A stretch of 56,426 nucleotides of DNA from Candidatus Terraquivivens tengchongensis (GCA_023261845.1 JALNJZ010000009.1:1-56426), one strand, 5' to 3'. Shown: positions 18,817 to 28,713, counted from the stretch's first letter. Made by a program: numbers and translations. The notes: generated from the letters alone by a model not told the origin.

Positions 18817-19310
18817 ACGTCTTGGTTAGGAAAGAATTCCAAGCGATAATAATCGCGTTCGTTGTTTTGAGCCTTGCGTTAGTGTACGTGGGTTACCAGG
18901 TTTACGATCTACAGGCACAGTTAGCCGAACAGACAAAGAAAACAGATACACTTATCGAGACGCTGGTCACACGTATAGACGAGCTTAAAGGACTAATACT
19001 CAAAGTCGAAGTCACCATAGATAATGGTAGCGTGAAGGAAACGGAGACTATCTGGTTAACAAAAGGAGCAACTGCCCTTGAGGCTCTGAGGAGGGTGGCG
19101 GTCGTGGAGACGAAATACTTTGCAGGGCTTGGAGAGTTCATAGAATCTATAGACGGGTTGAAGAATAATCCAGAAGCCGGTAAGTACTGGATGTGGTACA
19201 TCTGGAACGAAGAAAAGCTAGAATGGGAATATGCACCGGTCGGCGCTGACAGCTACAAGCTGAGGGACGGAGATAAGATAATGTTCAGATACGAGGTTCC
19301 AGCTTGGTAA
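18807..19310 (+). CDS. membrane-anchored DUF4430/transcobalamin C-terminal-like protein
   Basis: N-terminal TM, coiled coil, TALEAL, GEFIESIDG, YWMWY, VGADSYKLRDGDKIMFRY. Confidence 0.8.
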   Translation: MEVNVLVRKEFQAIIIAFVVLSLALVYVGYQVYDLQAQLAEQTKKTDTLIETLVTRIDELKGLILKVEVTIDNGSVKETETIWLTKGATALEALRRVAVVETKYFAGLGEFIESIDGLKNNPEAGKYWMWYIWNEEKLEWEYAPVGADSYKLRDGDKIMFRYEVPAW

Positions 19311-19375
19311 GCCTAAAATACGTAGCGTTCTTTAAGTAATAGCTTTAAGCCTGGAACGCAGAGTAGCGCCTAGGT

Positions 19376-20476
19376 TTGACGGGGAACATCATAGGTGAAA
19401 GGTTCGTCGTCGTAAGCTTCGGCGAGAGTCATGGAAAGTGCGTCGGAGCGGTAATCGACGGTTGCCCAGCGGGCTTGGAGCTTTCAGAGGCTGACATTCA
19501 AAGCGAGCTCGACCTAAGGAGGCCAGGCGTATCCAGAGTCGCGTCACCTAGGGCAGAAGAGGATAGAGTCGAAATACTCTCGGGCATATTCGAGGGCAGG
19601 ACGACGGGCTCACCCATCTGCATGCTTGTATGGAATAGGGACATCGATTCAGAGCCATACAGGATGTTCGTGAATAGACCAAGACCTGGGCATGCGGACT
19701 ACGTTGCTCGTGTGAAATACGGCGGTTTTGCAGATTGGCGGGGTAGTGGAAGGTTCTCTGGCAGGATTACTGCAGGCCTGGTCATGGCCGGAGCGGTCGC
19801 AAAGAAGTTGTTATCGAAAACGCTAGGTGTAGAGATCATGGCATACGCTTTGGAGATAGGTGGTATAAGGGCTAAGAACTTTACGTTGGATGATATCAGG
19901 AGCAAGAGGTACAACAATGAGGTCAGATGTCCGGACGAGGCCGCCGCTAACGAGATGATTAAGAGGATAAACGAGGTTAAGGAGCAGGGCGATAGCCTCG
20001 GCGGCATAGTCGAGTGTCAGGTGCTTGGGCTGCCAGTAGGGCTAGGAGAGCCCATATTCTCGGCACTGGATTCTGACCTAAGCAAAGCACTCTTTGCAAT
20101 ACCTGCGGTTAAGGGTGTAGAGTTCGGCGCGGGCTTTGCTGCTGCTAGGCTACTAGGCTCGCAGAACAACGATCCATACACCATCGTGGACGGAAAGGTC
20201 GTGACCGTTACGAACAACGCTGGCGGTGTACTCGGCGGAATATCCACGGGCATGCCGCTAGTCGTTAGAGTGGCTTTCAAGCCGCCCTCATCGATAGCCA
20301 AGAAGCAGACGACTGTGGACCTCAGCAGCATGAAAGAGACAGAGATCGAAGTAAAGGGCAGACATGACCCAACAGTTGTTCCTAGGGCTGTACCCGTTGT
20401 AGAGGCGGTCGTTGCAATCGTGCTGGCGGACCATGCCATAAGGGCAGCCTTAATACCGCCCGTTTTGAGAGGTTAG
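19376..20476 (+). CDS. aroC: chorismate synthase
   Basis: FGESHG, RRPG, PRPGHAD, GDSLGG, GRHDP. Confidence 0.98.
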   Translation: MTGNIIGERFVVVSFGESHGKCVGAVIDGCPAGLELSEADIQSELDLRRPGVSRVASPRAEEDRVEILSGIFEGRTTGSPICMLVWNRDIDSEPYRMFVNRPRPGHADYVARVKYGGFADWRGSGRFSGRITAGLVMAGAVAKKLLSKTLGVEIMAYALEIGGIRAKNFTLDDIRSKRYNNEVRCPDEAAANEMIKRINEVKEQGDSLGGIVECQVLGLPVGLGEPIFSALDSDLSKALFAIPAVKGVEFGAGFAAARLLGSQNNDPYTIVDGKVVTVTNNAGGVLGGISTGMPLVVRVAFKPPSSIAKKQTTVDLSSMKETEIEVKGRHDPTVVPRAVPVVEAVVAIVLADHAIRAALIPPVLRG

Positions 20477-20485
20477 CAGAAAAGA

Positions 20486-20653
20486 ATGCATGAGAATAAA
20501 AAAGACATCAGGTGTCCTAGGTGCGGGTATGAGTTAGTAATCCCCCTCAAACTAGGAGATAGCAAGGTCGAAGTCGTATGGGATGTCTGGTGTCCGCGTT
20601 GTGGCCATCTGTGGGCTTTGAGGCAACCCCTTAGGGTTGAAGATATCCCTTAG
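20486..20653 (+). CDS. 55-aa CPxCG zinc-finger microprotein (not in the ORF track)
   Basis: MHENKKDIRCPRCGYEL...WCPRCGHLW...*; two CPRCG motifs. Confidence 0.75.
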   Translation: MHENKKDIRCPRCGYELVIPLKLGDSKVEVVWDVWCPRCGHLWALRQPLRVEDIP

Positions 20654-20700
20654 ATTACTATAAAGAATTAATCGCAGTATGTTTCATAATTTCTTGAGAT

Positions 20701-20979
20701 ATGCAGGCCCCTCGAGAAGTAAATCCAAGAGCTTTCTTGAGCAGAATAAAGAACACGTCGAGGGGAATTAAAGTGCGGAGCGCGATAATCAGAATGTTAA
20801 AAGAGCGTAAGGTTGTGTCAACGGCACAAATCGCAAAAGAGATAGGTCTGACACCATCGGCTGTAAGGAGGCACCTCAAGAATATGGATGCTGAGGGCAT
20901 AGTCAAAACTCTAAGGGGCAAGGGCAAGGTTCTATGGACGCTCACAGGTCTAGGCCAGCAGGCCATAGATGAGATTTAA
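20701..20979 (+). CDS. winged HTH transcriptional regulator (ArsR-like)
   Basis: STAQIAKEIGLTPSAVRRHLKNMDAEGIV. Confidence 0.85.
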   Translation: MQAPREVNPRAFLSRIKNTSRGIKVRSAIIRMLKERKVVSTAQIAKEIGLTPSAVRRHLKNMDAEGIVKTLRGKGKVLWTLTGLGQQAIDEI

Positions 20980-21149
20980 AGCGGCCAGAGCCTGGCGGCG
21001 ACCAGAATTACGACGACCACCACAGCGGCAAAAATGATCACGACCTCTGGCCTGATCTTGAAACCTTTAGACTCCTCACCAAAAAACGCTAACAGTCCTG
21101 CCATCGTAGCCGGCATCGGCGCCTCTCTGCGTCTTTTCTTGGAGCTCAC
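20976..21149 (-). CDS. secG: preprotein translocase subunit Sec61beta (not in the ORF track)
   Basis: MSSKKRRREAPMPATMAGLLAFFGEESKGFKIRPEVVI followed by a TM helix. Confidence 0.9.
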   Translation of the reverse strand: MSSKKRRREAPMPATMAGLLAFFGEESKGFKIRPEVVIIFAAVVVVVILVAARLWPL

Positions 21150-21185
21150 GCTAGATTTTATGCCCTTGGCTGTATTTTAATTTTG

Positions 21186-22193
21186 CTAAGCCCGCCCCTC
21201 TTCGTAAGCGAGCGGTACAAAGGTTCCGACAGATTCGAGAGCCATAGCCGCGAAGCCCCTCCTCTCCAGTTCTTTAGCGAGGCGCTTACTGTAACCATGC
21301 GTCGTGTAGACCCTCTTTGGCGCGCACACCTCGACATGGCTTATCAGCCCCTTAAAATCGGCGTGGCTACTCAGCGGGAATGTAGCGTCGTAAAATTCAA
21401 ATCTATATCTAAGTGCCCAACCGGTCGCGGTCGCCCATTTCACCTTTCTGTCAACCGGAATGTCGCTCCTGTGGTTGCTTACATACACACATTCACCGGT
21501 CCTTAAGACTTCTTTGCCAGCAGTTGTGCTTTTATGAAAATACGAAAGCTCTAAGCCAAATTTCTTATAGACTTCACACACCCTTGCGACAGCGTCGTTC
21601 ACGACGACAGGTATGCCCAGGTACTCATTAACCAGTTTTATAAGCTCTTGAGACTTTCCGACAAGGTATGCTTTGAACGCCGGAATATTTCCGTCCTTCA
21701 GACATTCGCAAATCCACTTCACGATCTTGGAGTATATCGCTTCCCTGTCGGGGAACACGAGGCTAGGGTCGCCGTATGTCGCTTCCAAAATCATGAAATC
21801 AACGTTTACGGGTTTTGCTGCTTTAGTAACGAGCGTATTGTAAACGTTTATGTCTCCGCTGAAGAGCAGCGTACTGCCATCGCACTCGACCACGTATTGA
21901 CATGAGCCCAGTATATGACCAGCATTCACGGCAGTCAACCTCGCAGACTTTACGTCCAACGTTTTCCCGAACTCTAAGGTACGCGCACTCCGCCTAAGGT
22001 ATCCTACAGCCCTTAGGAGCTCGTAGGTTTCAGGACTCATTAGTATGTTGGACTCGTTTATCATCACAGCATGGTCCGCATGCGCATGCGTTATGCATCT
22101 CAAAGAGACGTCTAAACGATCACCAGCCTTGTCGAATGCCAGCATCGCATCTTTACACGCGACGAGTGCACCGCCTTCGTGGTATACCCTCAT
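21186..22193 (-). CDS. metallo-beta-lactamase/beta-CASP nuclease
   Basis: THAHADH, AGHILGS, FSGD, EATYG, SSHAD, THG. Confidence 0.9.
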   Translation of the reverse strand: MRVYHEGGALVACKDAMLAFDKAGDRLDVSLRCITHAHADHAVMINESNILMSPETYELLRAVGYLRRSARTLEFGKTLDVKSARLTAVNAGHILGSCQYVVECDGSTLLFSGDINVYNTLVTKAAKPVNVDFMILEATYGDPSLVFPDREAIYSKIVKWICECLKDGNIPAFKAYLVGKSQELIKLVNEYLGIPVVVNDAVARVCEVYKKFGLELSYFHKSTTAGKEVLRTGECVYVSNHRSDIPVDRKVKWATATGWALRYRFEFYDATFPLSSHADFKGLISHVEVCAPKRVYTTHGYSKRLAKELERRGFAAMALESVGTFVPLAYEEGRA

Positions 22194-22344
22194 GCCTACA
22201 GCTCAGCACCGTCCTTTTGAACAAACTTGAGGGGACGGTATAAAACCTTTAACTCTGCTGCTTAGCCGCTTTATAGGGTTTGGATAAAAAAGATAGATTA
22301 ATTTAACGTCTTGTTCTCGGAATAGATGCCGGTTTAGGGCGGGC

Positions 22345-24117
22345 GTGGTCTTGACGAGTAACGGAATTTCAGCCATGGCTTCGAGGTATAGGTTGCTATT
22401 CAGGATGCCAAGCCCAAAGGTCGTTATGGTATCCATAGCGTTGTTGTCGTTGCTAACGGCGCTACTCATATCTTTACGTGTTGGTGCGCCGAGTTTGGCG
22501 TTATACATCTACCTGCTGTTGTTATCATCGTCTTTTGGAATAAACATATTGTTTAAGAAAACTCTGCTAAAATACGAACCCATATTTTCACTCAACAGGC
22601 TCAACACGTTGTCGTTTGTCCAGAGTATGCTCCTGTCCTCGGCTACTTTGATAGGATTCCTAATATCGCTTGTTACGAACGATAGCTGGCATATGGTTGT
22701 TCTAGTGTACGTTGGGCTACACGTATCGACCTTTTTGAGCTCTTCGACCCTCTTATCTCTTAGATTCAAAAACCTTTCCTTACTTTATGTCTTCTTACCA
22801 ACGCTCATACAAGCGGCAGGCATAGCATTCATTTTGGGGTTCCACATCAACATAGTAGCGTTACTCGTATTAGCATCTTACGGCCTTAGTATCGCGTTCT
22901 CAGCGCTCACACTATTCATGATGGATGTTTTCGGTAAAATCTTGGGGCAATCGCCCCTTAAGCTCCTTAGGGGTTTTGTCCTCAGTATGCTTGAAGGTGA
23001 TGCCTCCTACCTTGAGGGGATATTGTATAAAATCGGTAAGGCGGCTGATATAATCGTAGACGCGATGATCTTTAGGGATAAGAGGGAAAAAACCCACATT
23101 CTATCCATCGTTATCCCTCGCTTCCACCCTGGACCCGTAAGGTCGATAGGAGGCAGTATCGCGCCATACATCATAGAAAGAACATTTGCCACCTCTGGCT
23201 TAGAAGCAATAGTCCTTAAAGGTTTGGCTGGACACGAAATGGACATAGCGTCACGTGAAGACGTTCAAAGGTTAGCCAAGCAAGTACTCGACTCTTCGCT
23301 CAAAGCCTTAAAGGAGGACAACTTTAGTGGAATAGTCTTGAAACCTATGACGATAACGTCTGGCAAGGCATCAGCAAACGTTTTTGCCTTTGATGGTGTA
23401 AAGGTTGCCATAGTAAGCCTGCATCCTAACCCTATGGAGGACTTGTTGCCCAGCATAATGCCACAAGAATCCGACAGAATGGCCGTCGTAGATGCGCACA
23501 ACTCCTTTGCGGATAATGGTGATAACCAATTCAACTCGGATGTCCATGACGTTGAAGATTTGATGAAGAAAGTAGCATCTATCCCCTTGGGTGAGGTCCG
23601 CAAAGATTTCTCCATAGGTTATGCAAGGGTTGTTCCGAATGAATATGGATTGAACGACGGCCTAGGCCCCGGTGGAATATCGTGTTGGGTGATAGGTGTC
23701 GATGGTGAAGAATTTGCCTATGTCGTTGTGGACGGCAATAATGCTTTGCCGCAGGTGAGGTCTTTGGTGCAAGATGTACTGCTCAAGGAGGGTGCGTCGG
23801 GTAGCGAGTTGTTGACAACGGATACGCACCTCGTTTGCGCTATAAGTCTGGGTGGAAGGGGCTATCATCCGGTCGGCGAGGTACTGACGCCGGAGACCGT
23901 TGCAGAGTATGCAAGGAGTTTGTACAAACAGGCGAGGGCCGCTATGAGACCGGCCGAGGTGCATTTCCAAAGGTTGATGGTGAAAGACATTAGGGTATTT
24001 TCGGAAAGTGTAATAAACTACATGGCAAAGAGCACGATAAGGTCTTTTAGGATTTTTGTCATAGGAATGCTGTCAGGTATCGCAATTTCGACATTAATGT
24101 TGCTAATGTTTATATAA
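22345..24117 (+). CDS. DUF2070 family membrane protein
   Basis: N-terminal TM bundle; HPGP, DAHNS, DGNN, TTDTH motifs. Confidence 0.85.
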   Translation: MVLTSNGISAMASRYRLLFRMPSPKVVMVSIALLSLLTALLISLRVGAPSLALYIYLLLLSSSFGINILFKKTLLKYEPIFSLNRLNTLSFVQSMLLSSATLIGFLISLVTNDSWHMVVLVYVGLHVSTFLSSSTLLSLRFKNLSLLYVFLPTLIQAAGIAFILGFHINIVALLVLASYGLSIAFSALTLFMMDVFGKILGQSPLKLLRGFVLSMLEGDASYLEGILYKIGKAADIIVDAMIFRDKREKTHILSIVIPRFHPGPVRSIGGSIAPYIIERTFATSGLEAIVLKGLAGHEMDIASREDVQRLAKQVLDSSLKALKEDNFSGIVLKPMTITSGKASANVFAFDGVKVAIVSLHPNPMEDLLPSIMPQESDRMAVVDAHNSFADNGDNQFNSDVHDVEDLMKKVASIPLGEVRKDFSIGYARVVPNEYGLNDGLGPGGISCWVIGVDGEEFAYVVVDGNNALPQVRSLVQDVLLKEGASGSELLTTDTHLVCAISLGGRGYHPVGEVLTPETVAEYARSLYKQARAAMRPAEVHFQRLMVKDIRVFSESVINYMAKSTIRSFRIFVIGMLSGIAISTLMLLMFI

Positions 24118-24172
24118 GTATACGTTACGTTTTTATTCGATATTCTTGACAAATCCCTCAGAAGGTGCGTTC

Positions 24173-24457
24173 ATGTCACAGACCACGAAGCCTGGGTTGA
24201 TACTCGTAGGTAGCAAGCCTACGATAAGGTACGTGACGGCCTGCATAACGCTCTTCAACAGAGGGTCCGAAGTGGTTGTGCTAAGGGCCAGGGGTAAAAA
24301 CATAAACAACTGCCTAGAAGTCATCAGGCTTTTACGTAACGGCTTCTTGAAGAACCTAAGGATTTCTGACATAAAAATAAGTAGCGATGAATACGAAATG
24401 CCTGACGGACGAAAGAAATTCGTGAGCTACATTGAGATTTTCTTAACTAAAGGCTAG
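24173..24457 (+). CDS. albA: Alba chromatin/RNA-binding protein
   Basis: ILVGSKP..RYV, VVLRARG, VSYIEIFL. Confidence 0.9.
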   Translation: MSQTTKPGLILVGSKPTIRYVTACITLFNRGSEVVVLRARGKNINNCLEVIRLLRNGFLKNLRISDIKISSDEYEMPDGRKKFVSYIEIFLTKG

Positions 24458-24547
24458 AAAGATAATCTTAATATTTTCAGCACCTGTCAGCCTAACATTT
24501 AAATTCAGCCTTGCTGAATGGTCTTGAGTACTCAAGAGTGATGACTT

Positions 24548-24826
24548 TTGAAGGTGCCGGCAACTATCCGCACATACTGCCCCAAGTGCAACACGCATAC
24601 GCAGCATACTGTATCGCTTTACAAAAAGGGCAAAGAGAGGAGTTTGGCAATAGGTGCTAGGAGGCATCAAAGGGAGCTGAAGGGTTATGGTGGACAGAAA
24701 TACCCCATCCAACGTGAGAAGGCTAAGACGACTGAACGCAAGACCCTCGTTCTTAAGTGTCAGGTTTGCGGCTTCCAAGTTTTTAGGGGCGGAATAAGGC
24801 TGAAGAAGTTAGAGATCGTGAGGTGA
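24548..24826 (+). CDS. rpl44e: 50S ribosomal protein L44e
   Basis: TYCPKCNTHTQH, GYGGQ, KAKTT, LKCQVCG. Confidence 0.97.
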   Translation: MKVPATIRTYCPKCNTHTQHTVSLYKKGKERSLAIGARRHQRELKGYGGQKYPIQREKAKTTERKTLVLKCQVCGFQVFRGGIRLKKLEIVR

Positions 24827-24832
24827 TGGTAT

Positions 24833-25039
24833 TTGGTCGGGGAAGCTGACTGGAGTAAGCTCATACCCAAGCCTACCTCAAGATTCTTGCTAGTAAGCTG
24901 CGACGAATGTAACAACAAACAAATAGTGTTCGAACATGCCAAGACCGTTGTAAGATGCAAGGTTTGTAACTCGATTTTAGCGAAGCCAAGGGGCGGAAAG
25001 GCTCAGATAATCGGAAAGGTGCTTGACGTTTATGAGTGA
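24833..25039 (+). CDS. rps27e: 30S ribosomal protein S27e
   Basis: PTSRFLLVSCDECNNKQIVF...CKVCNSILAKPRGGK. Confidence 0.96.
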   Translation: MVGEADWSKLIPKPTSRFLLVSCDECNNKQIVFEHAKTVVRCKVCNSILAKPRGGKAQIIGKVLDVYE

Positions 25040-25814
25040 AAAAAAGTTGCCCGAAATAGGCGAGATAGTTATCGGAACCGTGAAGAGGGTTGACAAGTTT
25101 GGTGCTTACATCACGCTAGATGAGTACGAGAATGCTGATGCGTTCATACATGTTTCTGAGATCTCGTTAAGATGGGTAAGGAACATCAGGGATTATCTTA
25201 GAGAGGGACAGAAAGCGGTATTCAAAGTACTGCGCTCCGACCCGACCACAATGCAGGTTGACCTATCTCTGAGGAGAGTTTCAAAAAGGGAGAAGATAGA
25301 GAAATTACTTTGGTGGAAGAAGAAGCAAAAAGTCAAAAGGGTAATAAAGCTTTTAGCAGAGAAGACTGGACTCAACAGAGCGGAGCTCGAGAAAAATCTT
25401 CTCGAGCTTGTAAAGGGTAACGAGATTGAACTTTACGATATCTTTGAGAAGCTGTCGAAGGATGAAACAATCCCTGATTTTTTAAAGAACCTATCAGAGG
25501 ATGCTCTTAAGGTTCTAAAGGAAATCGTGAAGCAGGAGATAAAGAGGAAGAGCGTAGTAAAGAAGGGCATCCTTACGCTTTACTGCCAATCCGGGAATGG
25601 GGTTGTAGTTATCAGGAATGCGGTTAAGGAAGCCATGTCGCTTGCAAATAAGGACCAGAGCGTGACGATAACGGTTATAGGTCCTCCTAGGTACCTTCTC
25701 AAGGTGGAGGCAGAAGATGATGAAACGTCCGAGAAGTTATTAAATCAAGCTGCAGAAAAATGTATAGAGTACGTAGTTAGCAAAGGAGGAAAAGGAGAGT
25801 TCAGGAAGAGTTGA
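25032..25814 (+). CDS. eif2a: translation initiation factor 2 alpha subunit
   Basis: S1 domain LPEIGEIVIGTV, GAYITLDEY, DLSLRRV, GPPRY. Confidence 0.96.
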   Translation: MSEKKLPEIGEIVIGTVKRVDKFGAYITLDEYENADAFIHVSEISLRWVRNIRDYLREGQKAVFKVLRSDPTTMQVDLSLRRVSKREKIEKLLWWKKKQKVKRVIKLLAEKTGLNRAELEKNLLELVKGNEIELYDIFEKLSKDETIPDFLKNLSEDALKVLKEIVKQEIKRKSVVKKGILTLYCQSGNGVVVIRNAVKEAMSLANKDQSVTITVIGPPRYLLKVEAEDDETSEKLLNQAAEKCIEYVVSKGGKGEFRKS

Positions 25815-25984
25815 CAAAAATATGGAAGTGCACAATATGTGGTAGGTACACGCTCTCAAACGAGAGGTGTCCGTCATGCGGTGGGCCTGTAAAAACCCCG
25901 CATCCACCAAACATTAATCTTCAAGATAAGTATATCAATACTATAGTGAAGTTAAGGAGGGAAATGAGGTGGAAACAAACGTAG
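25811..25984 (+). CDS. nop10: H/ACA RNP protein Nop10 (not in the ORF track)
   Basis: KCTICGRYTL..RCPSCGG...PHPP...DKY; conserved position after aIF2a. Confidence 0.92.
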   Translation: MTKIWKCTICGRYTLSNERCPSCGGPVKTPHPPNINLQDKYINTIVKLRREMRWKQT

Positions 25985-26733
25985 TACTCGAGAAGGCTGT
26001 AGACCTTAAGGGCGCATATGCGATAGAGATAGCACCCTCGCCTGGTGCCGCTGGTTTAATAGCAGGCGCCTTCTTGATAGATGCACTAAAGGCTGAGAAG
26101 GTTGGTGAAGTTTTATCGCCGCACTTCCCCCAAGTAAGCCTCGTCAACGAGGATGGCATAGCGTTTCCGTCACGCATAGACCTGCATCTTTACGTTAACA
26201 AGGAAACGGGTCTAAAGCTTTTGTTTATGGTTAGGAACTTTCCCGTGGAGAGCGGCGACGGTAGCTATTTGGCGGCTAAAAAGGTCTATGAGTTTTTAAA
26301 GACAAATGGTGTCGAGGCTCTTTACTGCTTGGGAAGTGGAAGGATTAGTGGGAATGGTGAAGTTTTTATTTCGACCACAAAGTTGGAGCACGCTAAGGAA
26401 CTCTTGAATGCGGGCGCAAAAATGGCACCCAACCAAGACATCCTTCCGATAGATAGGCTAACGTCCTTTCTTCTGCTCTTCTTTGCAAGGGATGGAAAGA
26501 AAGCGTGTTTACTCTTATCAGACTCACCATCTTACATACCCGACCCTAGCGCCGCCAAAAGGTTGTTAGAAATACTCCTTAAGTCATTAAAAATGGAGCT
26601 GGACCTGAGCAAATTGGATGAGGACATAAAGAGGTACCAGCAACTACTTGAAGGTCTTGAAAAAAGCGTACTCGGTCAAACCGAGCCAGCCCGCGAAGAG
26701 AGACCAACGAGAGAGCCATTCTACATAGGATAA
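25969..26733 (+). CDS. PAC2 proteasome assembly chaperone family protein
   Basis: SPHFP, PDPSAAKRLLE, YIG C-terminus; conserved position after nop10. Confidence 0.85.
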   Translation: METNVVLEKAVDLKGAYAIEIAPSPGAAGLIAGAFLIDALKAEKVGEVLSPHFPQVSLVNEDGIAFPSRIDLHLYVNKETGLKLLFMVRNFPVESGDGSYLAAKKVYEFLKTNGVEALYCLGSGRISGNGEVFISTTKLEHAKELLNAGAKMAPNQDILPIDRLTSFLLLFFARDGKKACLLLSDSPSYIPDPSAAKRLLEILLKSLKMELDLSKLDEDIKRYQQLLEGLEKSVLGQTEPAREERPTREPFYIG

Positions 26734-26745
26734 ATGATTTATTTT

Positions 26746-26943
26746 TTAGCGTTCATTGCTGGACTTAAACTTGCCTAGCTCATTCTTTAATAGGTCTCTT
26801 ACCGCCATGCGCATCACAGCACTTCTACTCGGATACATGCCCTTCCTAACAAGCTCGTCCATGCCCTCTATCAGGGCCTCCGGCATCTTGACAGATATCA
26901 GCTTCATGCCTTTTTTCTCACGTGGTTTAATATCTTTTTCCAT
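26746..26943 (-). CDS. ribbon-helix-helix (CopG-like) regulator
   Basis: MKLISVKMPE..MDELVRKGMYPSRSAVMRMAVRDLL. Confidence 0.9.
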   Translation of the reverse strand: MEKDIKPREKKGMKLISVKMPEALIEGMDELVRKGMYPSRSAVMRMAVRDLLKNELGKFKSSNER

Positions 26944-27103
26944 ACATTATCTTCCTCCACTTTCAATCAGTATAATTCGCGTCATCGTTAAGAATACTTG
27001 AATATAAGCTTCATCAGACACGAGCAACATGGGCGACACCAAACTACCAGATGAGTATTTTTTAGAGATATATATTTTCCTTTTCAGTGTTGTTTGAAAA
27101 GAA

Positions 27104-27304
27104 ATGGTCCACGGACATGAAGATTTAGCAAAGATTATAAAAGCATGTTTGGCATCGTCGGGTATTCGCCCCTCAGACGAGGAACTTTTAAAGCTCTCTC
27201 ACGATTTAAATAACGTTCTTAAAATTTCTAAGACTTTTGACGAAATCCTATCGCACGAAGAAGAACCCGCGATCTTTTTCTTGTTAAGGGTTGAAGGACG
27301 ATGA
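27104..27304 (+). CDS. small GatC/AtzG-like amidase partner
   Basis: 66 aa, ATGA-coupled to the amidase, EEEPAIFF near the C-terminus. Confidence 0.55.
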   Translation: MVHGHEDLAKIIKACLASSGIRPSDEELLKLSHDLNNVLKISKTFDEILSHEEEPAIFFLLRVEGR

Positions 27305-28713
27305 GGAAGCGTGACCTTCTCCACCTTTCCATAAAAGAAATCTCAGAAGCCATAAAGACCGGTGAAATTTCGCCCGTAGAATTGACAACATCCGTCATAG
27401 AGAGGATTAAGCATTTAAATGGTTTGTTAAACGCCTACATTTCCGTATTCGAGCAGTCCGCCGTTGAGGAGGCCGCAAGGGCAGAGGCTGAGATACGTGC
27501 TGGAAGATGGCTGGGCCCGCTACACGGTGTGCCGCTATCGCTCAAAGATGTATTTTATATAAAGGATACGATAACGACAGCTGGCTCGCCCATCCTTAAA
27601 GGCTTCACACCAAAGCATGAAGCGACCGTCGTGAAAAGATTGCGTGAAGCAGGCGCCATTTTCGTAGGCAAGACGAATCTACACGAGTTTGCCTACGGTG
27701 TTACAAACGTCAACCCGCACTTTGGTGCAACGAAAAACCCTTGGAATCTGGACAGGATTGCGGGCGGTAGTAGTGGTGGCTCTGCGGCAGCCGTGGCTGC
27801 TGGTATGTGTTTTGCATCGCTGGGCACGGATACTGGCGGCTCGACCAGAATACCGGCAGCGCTCTGCGGCATCATAGGCTTTAAGCCTACATACGGTCTA
27901 GTGAGCAAGCACGGTGTCTTTCCGCTCGCATGGTCCTTAGACCATGTTGGGATATTAGCGAGAAGTATTTGGGACGTAGGGATTTTGCTGGAGACGATTG
28001 CAGGACCTGACCCGGCAGACGTCACGACGTTTGCATCCAAACCCTTTGAGGCAAAACAAATCAGCAGTCTCGACGTTAAAAGGCTGAAGGTCGGTGTACC
28101 GAGCGACAAATTCCTAGAACCGCTCCAAGATGATATCAAAAGACTTTTCTGGAATTCGTTGAAAAAGCTGGAGGACGAAGGTTGGCAGATACGCGAGCTC
28201 GACTTTAAACGCTTTGAGCAAGTGTCTGCATGCAGGTACATAATTCTGCTGACAGAAGCCGCCTCTTTACATGCGCATTGGCTCGAAAGGAATCCTGAGC
28301 TTTACAGTGAGGAGCTAAGGCATAGGCTGATGCTGGGTTTGCTGGTCCCCTCAGACGTTTACCTGAAGGCTCAAAGGGCCAGGAAGGTACTCATCAGGGA
28401 GTTCTTGGAAGCGATGAACGGCCTAGACCTTGTAGCCTGTCCAACAACATCCGTGACGGCTCCGATGATAGGCGAGGAAAGAGTCTTGGTAAACGGTACA
28501 GAGTTAAGTGTAAGGCTTGCTTTGCTGAGATTAACTGAACCATTCAACGCGCTTGCGCTTCCAGCGATATCTGTTCCTTGCGGCATGTCGAAAGATAACT
28601 TGCCGGTAGGCCTGCAGCTAGTGTCCAAACCCTTCCGTGACGACTTGCTACTTGCAGCAGCTTTAGCCTATGAGGAAATAACCGGCAACGGATACAAAAT
28701 GCCACCGCTATAG
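27301..28713 (+). CDS. amidase signature family enzyme (GatA/AtzE-like)
   Basis: GPLHGVPLSLKD, GKTNLHEFA, GGSSGGSA, GTDTGGSTRIPA. Confidence 0.93.
   Translation: MRKRDLLHLSIKEISEAIKTGEISPVELTTSVIERIKHLNGLLNAYISVFEQSAVEEAARAEAEIRAGRWLGPLHGVPLSLKDVFYIKDTITTAGSPILKGFTPKHEATVVKRLREAGAIFVGKTNLHEFAYGVTNVNPHFGATKNPWNLDRIAGGSSGGSAAAVAAGMCFASLGTDTGGSTRIPAALCGIIGFKPTYGLVSKHGVFPLAWSLDHVGILARSIWDVGILLETIAGPDPADVTTFASKPFEAKQISSLDVKRLKVGVPSDKFLEPLQDDIKRLFWNSLKKLEDEGWQIRELDFKRFEQVSACRYIILLTEAASLHAHWLERNPELYSEELRHRLMLGLLVPSDVYLKAQRARKVLIREFLEAMNGLDLVACPTTSVTAPMIGEERVLVNGTELSVRLALLRLTEPFNALALPAISVPCGMSKDNLPVGLQLVSKPFRDDLLLAAALAYEEITGNGYKMPPL

Noticed and set aside
24476-24518. TTCAGCA...TGCTGAA inverted pair resembling the dispersed palindrome
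   Set aside because: Only 7-bp arms, a 29-bp spacer without the shared core, and it overlaps a likely promoter; may be chance.
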